Program-made: the position numbers and the translations under genes | The notes under the pieces: generated by a model | What the model was told of the DNA's origin: nothing | The model's database searches: none | What the model saw: the letters and a program-made list of their open reading frames with translations, nothing else | Shown: piece by piece, positions 47,150-55,767 of the stretch | Layout of the letters: every line of letters begins with the position of its first letter | How positions within the stretch are numbered: the stretch's first letter is position 1 | NCBI GenBank assembly: GCA_964544335.1 | Contig: CAZJAJ010000004.1 | Coordinates: forward strand, 67,689-131,688 | Length of the DNA stretch: 64,000 nt | Reading direction: 5' to 3' | Source of the DNA: an uncultured Methanosarcinales archaeon | Lineage (GTDB): Archaea; Nanobdellota; Nanobdellia; Woesearchaeales; JABIAG01

Positions 47150-48440
47150 CTTTTTTCTCCAAAAGTGGTTTTATTTGCTCGTTGTAGATTTTTTCTTCGT
47201 TGTAGCGTCTTCGTATGTCTATTGCCATTTGTTGTGCTTTGTTTTTTTTGAGCTCTTTTATGATGTCTTTTGCAATTTTTTTGTAAAATGATTTATTTTT
47301 CTTGTAGTATTCTGCAAAAAGTTCCTGCGGGTTATGTTCTTGCTTCCAATTTACTCCATATGTACTTCTCATTTTTCCTCTAAGATCTGCGAAAGGATAA
47401 TATAGTGCATGTTCTCCACCCATTTCTTTTAGTGCAGGTGTGTTGTTGTTGAGTATGCAGAGATTACTCATAATTGCTGCTTCTTGGAGAATGAGACTAC
47501 ATGCTTCTGCAGTTGATGGGTGTATGAATACATTTGATAGAGAAAAGAGTTCCTGCATTACTTCTGAACTACACCCTCCCATGAGTTTTTCGTCAACTTC
47601 TGTGGTGAATGTGACGTATGATTCCTCAAGACCTATTTTTTGCATAAGACTTTTTGTTTTTAGATGACCTAGTCCTTCACCCACTCTTCCACCATATGCT
47701 TCTGCAAGTATTACTCTGGCATTTTTTCCTTGATCAACGAGTGCTTTTGTAATGAAAAGAATGTGTTCTATTTGTTTAAATCCTCTATCTAGGCTTGTTC
47801 CAAACACGATGGAAACGTCTGCTTGAAGTATATTACTTTTTTGTACTATTTTTTCAGTTAATGAATGCAGATTAAGATATTCAGGACTCACTCTTGTATT
47901 GTGAACAAATGTGACATTTTTTTTAGGCATATCATACATTTTTGCAAAACCACTCACGTGTTCTTTTGCAACTGTTACAAGAATCGAAGATGGTATTGGG
48001 TTAAAGCGGAGTTCGTGAGGAAATGTTGGGTTTTTTTGATGTTGTTGCGCGGTTGAATGAAACCAGTGTAACCACTTGACTTTTGGGTATTTGTTGATGT
48101 ATTTTCTTATAGCTTTATTCACGTGAAGGAATTTTGGGTGATAGATGAGATCGTGTTCCACAACTACATCTATGTCTTCTAGTTCTTTTTCTAGTGCTTT
48201 GTAAAATTTTTCTACTTGTTTTTCAAACTCCTCTTCTGTTTCTTCTTTAAGATAATCAACGTTAGGTAGTTCTGAAATGTAGGATACATTAGGCAATTTT
48301 TTCCATTGGGGACATGTTTTTGGAAGAATAACGCGAACAGTATGTTCTTTTGAAAACATCCGTATGTGGGATTTTACTACAGAATTCACACTATAATTTG
48401 GGTCCCAAGAATACGTTAGATGAACTATTGCAACATTCAT
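47142..48440 (-). CDS. GT4-family glycosyltransferase
   Basis: MNVAIVH start, HDLIY, HWFHS, PSTAEACSLILQEA (E-x7-E); start taken at 48440. Confidence 0.8.
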   Translation of the reverse strand: MNVAIVHLTYSWDPNYSVNSVVKSHIRMFSKEHTVRVILPKTCPQWKKLPNVSYISELPNVDYLKEETEEEFEKQVEKFYKALEKELEDIDVVVEHDLIYHPKFLHVNKAIRKYINKYPKVKWLHWFHSTAQQHQKNPTFPHELRFNPIPSSILVTVAKEHVSGFAKMYDMPKKNVTFVHNTRVSPEYLNLHSLTEKIVQKSNILQADVSIVFGTSLDRGFKQIEHILFITKALVDQGKNARVILAEAYGGRVGEGLGHLKTKSLMQKIGLEESYVTFTTEVDEKLMGGCSSEVMQELFSLSNVFIHPSTAEACSLILQEAAIMSNLCILNNNTPALKEMGGEHALYYPFADLRGKMRSTYGVNWKQEHNPQELFAEYYKKNKSFYKKIAKDIIKELKKNKAQQMAIDIRRRYNEEKIYNEQIKPLLEKKDV

Positions 48441-48444
48441 ACAT

Positions 48445-48499
48445 GAAGTAAAAAAAAGGAGATTAAAAATATTCCCACACCAGGGTATACCTTTACTCC
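48445..48499 (-). terminator. possible stem-loop / T-tract between precursor and GT4
   Basis: Minus-strand GGAGTAAA pairs with TTTACTTC (one G-T), with an 8-nt T run. Confidence 0.3.
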
Positions 48500-48501
48500 A
48501 C

Positions 48502-48711
48502 CTATGGTGATGTGGTAGGCGGAGATGTAGTAGGTGGAGATGTAGTTCCTGGAGACGTGGTTCCTGGAGACGTGGTTCCTGGAGATGTAGTTCCGCCACC
48601 AGTTGTTCCAGGAGATGTCGTTCCGCCGCCTGTTGTTGCTGTTGCCATAACCACTTCCTTTACTTCACCGTGACTAGTCAATTTTGGTTTTTCGTATGTT
48701 TCTTTGTTCAT
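48502..48711 (-). CDS. RiPP-like precursor peptide: lasso-type leader + (TTSP)x7 core
   Basis: YEKPKLTSHGEVKEVV matches YxxPxLxxxG; 2 bp downstream of the RRE gene; repeat differences sit at synonymous positions in this frame. Confidence 0.85.
   Translation of the reverse strand: MNKETYEKPKLTSHGEVKEVVMATATTGGGTTSPGTTGGGTTSPGTTSPGTTSPGTTSPPTTSPPTTSP
48505..48621 (-). repeat. coding tandem repeat, mostly 15-bp units encoding (G/P)TTSP
   Basis: Units such as ggttcctggagacgt / agttcctggagatgt repeated on the + strand. Confidence 0.9.
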
Positions 48712-48713
48712 AA

Positions 48714-48980
48714 TTATTTTCTCTGTAAAATCTCTTTTGATGTTAATTCCATGATGAGTTCATCCACATCAGTGGTAAGTGTCTTTTCTGCAACTTCAAA
48801 TTGACCCATTAGCTCTTTTGTAATGTCCTGATTATTTTTTCCACTAATTACGTGTTCAAATATTCTTGAAGCAGTCTTATTGAGACTAAAGTGTTTTCCG
48901 CTTTGCGTATTAAGAATTACTGTGTGATCATTCATCGTTCTGTGGATGATATTGTCACTTAATACTAAACTTTCAGTCAT
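48714..48980 (-). CDS. PqqD-family RiPP recognition element (RRE)
   Basis: 88 aa; VILNTQSGKHFSLNKTASRIFE...ITKELMGQFEV...DVDELIMEL. Confidence 0.92.
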   Translation of the reverse strand: MTESLVLSDNIIHRTMNDHTVILNTQSGKHFSLNKTASRIFEHVISGKNNQDITKELMGQFEVAEKTLTTDVDELIMELTSKEILQRK

Positions 48981-49108
48981 TGTGTAATTATGCTAGAAGA
49001 CCTATTTAAATATTTCTATTTGCAAATAGGTGTTCTCGACGTTAATTGCGCATCTAAGACCTTTTAAACCACAAGAATATTTATATTTGTTTTTCACTGC
49101 TCAGTGTT

Positions 49109-50155
49109 ATGGGTTATCGGGGGATTTTAGTTGATGTTATTAAGAACGAGTTTAATGAGGATACTTCTTATTCCCCTACCGAGGTAGATAAGGTTTACCT
49201 GCCTGAAGAGGTAGTAAGAAATAAGTATGTTGTGCGGTTGTTACTTTATTATCTTGACAAGATGAATGTTACTTGCTTATCTTCACCAAGTGTATCATTT
49301 TTACTAAGTCAACAACTGGTCACACACTCTAAGAATGAGATGTATGTACAGGTTACAAAAGAAATTGTCTCTTTGCTCGAATTAAATGGTGTTGAATGCG
49401 TACTCATGAAAGGTATAGCTCTGCTAGATACATTGTATGATGGGGACCTAGATCAGCGCAACATGAGCGATATTGACTTATTTGTTCCGAGTAATACGTT
49501 ACTGTTCTCTAAAGATCTTCTTGTGAAAGAAGGATTTGTTGTTATTGAAGAGCGTGAACATGAGATTGGATTTGTAAGAGATGGTGTTCTAGTAGAATTA
49601 CATTCTGATTTTCATGAAGGATATGTTCCTTTGGATCCATCTACTCACAAGATTGATTTTTTTGGAAATACTATTTCTGTATTTACTCCTGAGGAAATGC
49701 TGCTTCTACTCATTCTTAATTTTTATAGGGACTCTTTTGGAACGTTCTTCTTCTCTCAGTCAGATAAAAGAGTTGGTGATGATATCTTTTTTTCAACGCT
49801 TCCCTTTATTGCAGAGATTAGGCGATTTGTTCACAAAAAACCTATTGATTATGAACGTTTATTGTATCTTACGAAGAAGTGTCCGGTTCCTCATGCTGTG
49901 TTTGGTGTATTGCTTGTGATCAAGGAATATTTTAGAGAAGATATTCCTGATGAATTTTTTGATCATGATAGGCGACTTGTAAGATTAGGTGATGCCATGA
50001 AAGAAGATTCTTTTGCTTCATGTTTTATGTTGCTGCGAAGATATTGTATTATCCACGAGAGTATTCATCTATTGAAATCTCCTCTACTTTTATTTCGTAA
50101 ATGTATTTCATTTTTTTCAAGGTCATCTTTAAGGAGGCATTATGAAGACACATAA
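49109..50155 (+). CDS. nucleotidyltransferase (NTP_transf_5-like)
   Basis: LMKGIAL...RNMSDIDLFV, VELH motifs. Confidence 0.85.
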   Translation: MGYRGILVDVIKNEFNEDTSYSPTEVDKVYLPEEVVRNKYVVRLLLYYLDKMNVTCLSSPSVSFLLSQQLVTHSKNEMYVQVTKEIVSLLELNGVECVLMKGIALLDTLYDGDLDQRNMSDIDLFVPSNTLLFSKDLLVKEGFVVIEEREHEIGFVRDGVLVELHSDFHEGYVPLDPSTHKIDFFGNTISVFTPEEMLLLLILNFYRDSFGTFFFSQSDKRVGDDIFFSTLPFIAEIRRFVHKKPIDYERLLYLTKKCPVPHAVFGVLLVIKEYFREDIPDEFFDHDRRLVRLGDAMKEDSFASCFMLLRRYCIIHESIHLLKSPLLLFRKCISFFSRSSLRRHYEDT

Positions 50156-50615
50156 AGGGGAGTATGCGCTTAAGGTAAGGAGTAATAAGAGCATGAGGCC
50201 TTTACTTCATGTGGGTGATGTGTTGTTGTATTCTCATCGTCCCATTAAACGAGGTGATGTAGTATTATATGCTGCTAAAAATAAGGTGGTTGTTCACAGA
50301 GTGCTTAGTTTTACTATGCGACATGGAGAGCAATCCTTATTGTGTAAGGGTGACAGTATGGCTTTTGAAGACCAGTGGATTATTCCAAGAAAGTGTATTT
50401 TGGGTGTTTTAGATACTATCGTTCGTGGTAAGAAGGTTATTTCACTTCATTCGGGAAAATTTCTTTATGTGAATCGTATCCTTTACATTCTTTCAAGAGT
50501 GCACTTTTGTTTTCGCTCAATGCTGTCAAGACGTTTGAGAAAAAAATATGTTAAACCACTCCATAAGATTAATTTGTTTTTTTTAAAATGTGTAGAAGTT
50601 ATTTTTAGACTATAA
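50142..50615 (+). CDS. S24/S26-family peptidase
   Basis: SMRPLL, GDVVLY, VVHRVL, KGD; overlaps the nucleotidyltransferase gene by 14 bp. Confidence 0.85.
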   Translation: MKTHKGEYALKVRSNKSMRPLLHVGDVLLYSHRPIKRGDVVLYAAKNKVVVHRVLSFTMRHGEQSLLCKGDSMAFEDQWIIPRKCILGVLDTIVRGKKVISLHSGKFLYVNRILYILSRVHFCFRSMLSRRLRKKYVKPLHKINLFFLKCVEVIFRL

Positions 50616-52253
50616 CTGTCGCTTTATTTTTGATTGTGCTACTTTTTTAATCTCATCATAGGTGTTTTGTGTTATATTTTCAATTAATTCTTCTTTTTCT
50701 TTAGTGAATGTGTAATTTGATTTTTTATGTCCTACCCAATTTCTTCCTTCTATTTGTTGGAGGATGTTCTCTTCTTTTCCATGAGGATCTATTGAGAGAA
50801 ATTTATAGAGAGCTTTTAGTACATTTTTTTGAGGATCAATGAGATCTTCATATTCTATTATGAATGTATTGTTTGGATAAAGTAGAGAAAATTCCAACAT
50901 GCAGTTGTTAACTTCTTTCCAATCCTCTGAAAGTAATTTGGTTGATCTCTGTACTTCTGCCATTTTGAATGACCTTCGATAGCTTTCAATTACTGCTTTT
51001 GGATTTCTTACCAAAAATACAAACTTTGCTTGCGGATAGAGTGAGATTAGAAATTCGAATGTCTTTCTATCTCTGTCCCCAAACCGTACTTCCTTATACC
51101 CCCAGTATTTTTTTTTGAGAGGATTAAACAATGATTCAATGAAAGTTCTACATGAACGTTTAATGTGATCATCGCCAAACCAATTTGTCCATGCCTGCCA
51201 TACACTAGGATTCTTTAATTGTGCAGTTGCTTCTTTTAGGTTATTGAGTGGTTTCTTTTTCAGTGTAAGATTTTGTTCTTCATAGAGTGTATAATATATT
51301 TTAGTGAGGTGATGCATTATGTCTCTGTTTTCACCCCAGATGGTTATGTCAGAATGAGCATTTAGTATCCGTTGCAATAATGTTGTCCCACTTCTTGCCA
51401 TACCATACATGAAGAGAGGAGATTCTGGGTTAGGTACGTGTGTTTTAATGGATACAAGGATTGATTTTGCTTTTTCTTTTATTTTTAGAGGAATTGTTTT
51501 CTTTTTTTTCAATTTTAATGTGGTGTATGTGTTGTATAGCAGGTACATTTCTTTAGAGTAAATTGGGTGTATTGAATGTGCTTTTTTTGAAAGAAGTATA
51601 TCTGTTTTTTCTTTTCTACTTTTTACGTAGACGTTTCTGTGTCTTCCGTTGCATGCTGTGAGGTCAATCCCGTTTTGTTTGAGAATGTCTCCGACCATCA
51701 TATCTTCTGTTGATGATTCGGGAATTATTTTTTCGTATTTTTCTTTTTTGAGTGGTACGCGTTCTCCATACCACCAAGGATTTCCTATTCCTTTTTGAAA
51801 ATCATAGGTTGCAAGTGTATCTACTGCTTTTTTGCTTAGCATATAACAGCCACCTGATGCCCATGTAATTCTTCTTTTTTCTTTTCGTCTGCTGTTATTT
51901 ACAATGACACCATAATAGTCACATTTTGGAATTGTATCTTCTAACCATTCATTTGGAAGAAAGAGCGTGTCGTCATCAATTTTGAAGACATAATCAAATT
52001 TTTTGTTTTTTGAGAGGTATTTTGCTAGTTGGTGTGTTTTTTTTGCAAGGTCTTGATAGGTGTCTTCACATTCTACAAAGAGCCTTTTTTCTTTTTCATC
52101 ATAATGTTCTTTTTTTGCACCTTCTACAAAGAACCATTCTACGTTATCTGGGATTAATTTTGCCCATGTTTCTCTTACTGCTTTTTGTCTTGTTTCTCTG
52201 TGTGCCTTGCAAGAGGTGATTACGAAAATGACTTTTTTATTCTTTAATTGCAT
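50610..52253 (-). CDS. GT31-like glycosyltransferase fused to a sulfotransferase
   Basis: N-half: RETW, EDTYQDLAKK, KIDDD, ASGGCYMLS, EDMMVG; C-half: GMARSGTT, WGYKE, VRNP...S, YEDL. Confidence 0.82.
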   Translation of the reverse strand: MQLKNKKVIFVITSCKAHRETRQKAVRETWAKLIPDNVEWFFVEGAKKEHYDEKEKRLFVECEDTYQDLAKKTHQLAKYLSKNKKFDYVFKIDDDTLFLPNEWLEDTIPKCDYYGVIVNNSRRKEKRRITWASGGCYMLSKKAVDTLATYDFQKGIGNPWWYGERVPLKKEKYEKIIPESSTEDMMVGDILKQNGIDLTACNGRHRNVYVKSRKEKTDILLSKKAHSIHPIYSKEMYLLYNTYTTLKLKKKKTIPLKIKEKAKSILVSIKTHVPNPESPLFMYGMARSGTTLLQRILNAHSDITIWGENRDIMHHLTKIYYTLYEEQNLTLKKKPLNNLKEATAQLKNPSVWQAWTNWFGDDHIKRSCRTFIESLFNPLKKKYWGYKEVRFGDRDRKTFEFLISLYPQAKFVFLVRNPKAVIESYRRSFKMAEVQRSTKLLSEDWKEVNNCMLEFSLLYPNNTFIIEYEDLIDPQKNVLKALYKFLSIDPHGKEENILQQIEGRNWVGHKKSNYTFTKEKEELIENITQNTYDEIKKVAQSKIKRQL

Positions 52254-52334
52254 GGTTTTAGGCTCTTTGGAGGGTTAATAAATATTATGGCAGACGAGAA
52301 ATGTTTTTAAATGTATATTGATATCTATTTTCTT

Positions 52335-52865
52335 ATGACCTTTTCGTCATTTAAGGAAATTAGTGACTTGGCTGAAAAAGCTTCGTTTACACCTATTGTT
52401 CCAACAGACTTACTTGATAGAAGTACTGTTGATAAAGAGCAATGGTTTCTTTTTGAAGATGGATTTACAGCTGTTAGAGAATTGTTTCAAGATTCGTATT
52501 TTGTGGACTGTTTTTGGGGATATGCTGTTGATGAACCCTGTTTTATGGCAGGTCGTTTTCCAAGTCCAGGTGAGAAAGCATACGATGTTACTTTAGATAG
52601 AATGAGTAATAGGATCTCTTATTTACATCTTATGCGACAATATTATGATGCAAACATCAGTTGGAGAACTGTTGCTACTGCGGGTAGTTCTTTTGCTACT
52701 ATTGCAACACTCACTACTGATGTTTTGACAAGTATGATTGTTGGTGTAGGGTGTGTTGGGATTGAACGTTTTATTGCTGCAAAGGAAAGACCTTTGTTTA
52801 AAGGTGAAAAAATGGTAAAAGGATATTTGAAATATCATGAATTACGGCATAAAACCAAGGCGTAA
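52335..52865 (+). CDS. hypothetical protein with C-terminal hydrophobic segment
   Basis: ORF divergent from the GT31 fusion; start 52311 or 52335. Confidence 0.5.
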   Translation: MTFSSFKEISDLAEKASFTPIVPTDLLDRSTVDKEQWFLFEDGFTAVRELFQDSYFVDCFWGYAVDEPCFMAGRFPSPGEKAYDVTLDRMSNRISYLHLMRQYYDANISWRTVATAGSSFATIATLTTDVLTSMIVGVGCVGIERFIAAKERPLFKGEKMVKGYLKYHELRHKTKA

Positions 52866-52915
52866 TTATTCTTTGTATACAATAAGTTTAAAAGTGATTT
52901 TACTTGTTATGTAGT

Positions 52916-54595
52916 ATGCTCATGACCATTTTAGGATTGTTATTGTTACTGCTTCCTTTGCTGTGCTTTAAACTGCATAAAGCTCTTGGATGTATTGTAG
53001 TTGTGCAACTTGCTATTGGTCTTATTACGCAATTATTTGGTGTGTTTACGTATCCTGTTGTGTTTGGGCTGAATCTGGTTGTTGCATTGTTTTTAGTGAG
53101 GAAAGTCAGGTTTAGGATTAATTGGACGGTTATTGCTGTTGCTGCTATTTTGTTGTTTTCGTTTTATGGCGTGCATTATAATTACACTGGTGATGCAGTT
53201 TTTTCAGGTCAGCAACTTGATACTGTTGAAGGGATGCACTATCCTCTGCCCTATGCTTCGGATGAGTGGTATGGTGCATCAATTGCACAGCATGCTATTG
53301 AAACAGGAGGATTGCCGCTTGATCAACCGCTTCGAGAAGATATCTTCTTTATTAATTTGCAAATTGCATTTCATTCTCTGCTTGCTGAAGTTTTTATGCT
53401 TCTTGATCTTGATGTGGTGTGGAATTTTGGGGTTGCTGTTATGTTGTTTTCCACTGCCATTTGTCTTGTTGTGTATGCATTGTTGATGTTGTTTGGCGTT
53501 AGACCATCTGCTGCCATCTTTGGTTCGTTATTCACTTCGTATGTTGCGTCAAGCGGAAATATATTCACGTTATGGAACGTTATTCCTGCAAGCGTTGGTA
53601 TTTTGACGTTATTGCTTGCGTATTGTTTCTTAGTTGAAAAGAATACTCGTTACTTTTTCTTATTTGGTTTTCTGACATTAATCTTTTATCCTCCTTTTGG
53701 TGTGTTTTTACTTCCTGCAGCGTTTGTTGGACTTTCTAAAGAGTATCGTATGCGTTTTATGTATGTGGTGCTTGGTAGCGGTGTAGGTCTATTTCTTGTT
53801 GCTCTTCTTCTTGCTCCAAGATTGCAATCTGCATGGTTGTTTGTTTGGAATAAAGTATACTATCTCTCCTACACGCCCATTGGGATTGCGTATTTATTTC
53901 CCTGGGTAATCATTCCTCCTCTTTGTTTGGTGTTTGTGCTCTTTTCTTATGGGGAACTCAAGAAACGAACATGGTTTATGTACACTCTTGGTGTTGGCCT
54001 TGCGTATTGGTTGGTGTATCATTTTACGATTCAGTTCTTTATTATTAGTCAAGAACGAGTGGTGTATGTTGCTGCAGTATTACTTGTTATTGCGTGTTCA
54101 CTTGGTTTTCATCGTCTGAGTAATTTATGGAAGAAATATGATCGTTATGTTGTGGTTGGGCTGTTACTTCTTTTTGCTGTGTTTTCTTTTACCTATACAG
54201 AGGATGATCGGTTTAGAGACATGCCACTTATTGCTCACGAGAATGGAAATGTATATCGTTATGTACCTGGACCTACTGCTAGCGCCTATTTTGATGATAG
54301 TGATGCTGATTTATTTTCCACACTTGAACCATCAGTATTTTTATCAGACCCGTGGAAATCAACGGTTATTTCCATTGCTCTTGGGCATACTCCCACAACA
54401 TTAAAATCAGGTACGTTTGGGTATAAGGAAGAAAAATATCCTTATTTTTTGAATCAGAATTGTGATGGGAAGAAGAAGATACTTGACCGAGATGATATTG
54501 CATATGTGTATGGTGCACCTGAAGAGTGTTCTTTCTTAAGGTTGATAGGTATTTCAGATGAAGGATATCATTTGTATGTGTATGATGAAAATTAG
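52916..54595 (+). CDS. polytopic membrane protein, GT-C-like glycosyltransferase
   Basis: More than 10 TM, acidic YASDEWYG motif in first external loop, soluble C-terminal domain with SDPW. Confidence 0.6.
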   Translation: MLMTILGLLLLLLPLLCFKLHKALGCIVVVQLAIGLITQLFGVFTYPVVFGLNLVVALFLVRKVRFRINWTVIAVAAILLFSFYGVHYNYTGDAVFSGQQLDTVEGMHYPLPYASDEWYGASIAQHAIETGGLPLDQPLREDIFFINLQIAFHSLLAEVFMLLDLDVVWNFGVAVMLFSTAICLVVYALLMLFGVRPSAAIFGSLFTSYVASSGNIFTLWNVIPASVGILTLLLAYCFLVEKNTRYFFLFGFLTLIFYPPFGVFLLPAAFVGLSKEYRMRFMYVVLGSGVGLFLVALLLAPRLQSAWLFVWNKVYYLSYTPIGIAYLFPWVIIPPLCLVFVLFSYGELKKRTWFMYTLGVGLAYWLVYHFTIQFFIISQERVVYVAAVLLVIACSLGFHRLSNLWKKYDRYVVVGLLLLFAVFSFTYTEDDRFRDMPLIAHENGNVYRYVPGPTASAYFDDSDADLFSTLEPSVFLSDPWKSTVISIALGHTPTTLKSGTFGYKEEKYPYFLNQNCDGKKKILDRDDIAYVYGAPEECSFLRLIGISDEGYHLYVYDEN

Positions 54596-55629
54596 TTATT
54601 CTTTTTACTTTTGATACCTAGTGTTGAGAGCATGAATGCTGAGAAAATGGTTTGCATACCTATAAGTCCGAATGTGACCGTGAGCAATGGATTTGTGGTG
54701 AAATAGTATACGCTTGATAGGATGATGATTGCTCCAACAATTGCTACTTTTTCTATGCTTAGATGTTTGAATAAGTGTTCTAATCTGTTGTCTTTTTGAT
54801 TGAGATAGTTGTGCATATAGATTTTTGAGAACACAAAAAAGAAGAGGAGTTGGTATCCAAAGAGTGTTGACATGGCCATTGCTGCGCTTAAGAGTCTTCC
54901 TGGAAAATAGATAAATCCAACAATTCCAAAGAGCATGAAGTAGAGTGCGGGCAGTAGGAAAAGAATATCTGGTGTGTAAAGCAACATGTAGCGCAGATGT
55001 CTCCATCCGTCTCTAAAAGAGGATAGTTTTGATTCTCCTATGCGCGGATTGTAGGCAATTGGTATTTGTTTTGTTTTTAGTTTGTGTTTTGCTACTGCTG
55101 CAACCATTTCTGTTGCATATTCCATGCCTGTTGTTTGTAGGTTTAATGTATCATATGCTTCTTTTGTAAATGCACGCATACCGCAGTGCACATCTCTTAC
55201 GTTTGTTTTCATAAACCATCGTGCTAGTGTTGAGAGTACTGGGTTACCGATGTATTTGTGATGCCAAGGCATTGCTTTTTTGTGCATGCGTCCTGAGAAT
55301 CTATCTCCTATGACAAAATCATATCCTTTTTGTAGTGCGTGTATGAACTGTGGTATTTTATTAAAGTCGTATGTGTTATCACAATCCATCATGATAATGT
55401 ATTTACCCTTTGCTGCTTCTATTCCGTGTATGAGTGCATTACCATAGCCGTCTTGATCGTGTTTTATTACTCTTGCACCTAATTTTTTTGCAATTATTGG
55501 ACTATTATCTGTTGAACTGTCTGAAAGAATTATTTCATGAGGTATTTTTGCTAAAATGTTTTGTATTTTTTTAATGCATACTGGAACTGCTTTTTCTTCG
55601 TTTTGACAGGGTAGAACGATTGAGATCAC
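54592..55629 (-). CDS. GT2 glycosyltransferase, dolichol-phosphate mannose synthase-like
   Basis: SIVLPCQNEE, DSSTD, GYGNAL, MDCD, GDRF, DVHCGMRAF; C-terminal TMs. Confidence 0.9.
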   Translation of the reverse strand: MISIVLPCQNEEKAVPVCIKKIQNILAKIPHEIILSDSSTDNSPIIAKKLGARVIKHDQDGYGNALIHGIEAAKGKYIIMMDCDNTYDFNKIPQFIHALQKGYDFVIGDRFSGRMHKKAMPWHHKYIGNPVLSTLARWFMKTNVRDVHCGMRAFTKEAYDTLNLQTTGMEYATEMVAAVAKHKLKTKQIPIAYNPRIGESKLSSFRDGWRHLRYMLLYTPDILFLLPALYFMLFGIVGFIYFPGRLLSAAMAMSTLFGYQLLFFFVFSKIYMHNYLNQKDNRLEHLFKHLSIEKVAIVGAIIILSSVYYFTTNPLLTVTFGLIGMQTIFSAFMLSTLGIKSKKNN

Positions 55630-55767
55630 TGTTTTTGTAATTTTATGTTGTTTATAATTATTTGTAGCTTTTGTATTAATTTATCTATTTTTTTGTTGAT
55701 TTCTCGTCGATAAAAAACTAGAACATCGGAATATTTATATAATTGTAAACATTAATAGAGTATTAGC

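Noticed and set aside
48441-48599. N-terminal LQEPR-repeat extension of the GT4 ORF (485 aa in the track)
   Set aside because: It is another frame of the precursor repeat; the GT-B fold starts at MNVAIVH (48440)
48502-48980. Conventional lasso peptide cluster
   Set aside because: Core has no Asp/Glu for a macrolactam and no lasso cyclase or B2 protease is nearby
45564-55629. Integrated element bounded by att sites at tRNA-Ser
   Set aside because: The two tRNA 3'-end copies are only 98 bp apart; I found no distal copy and no integrase in the window
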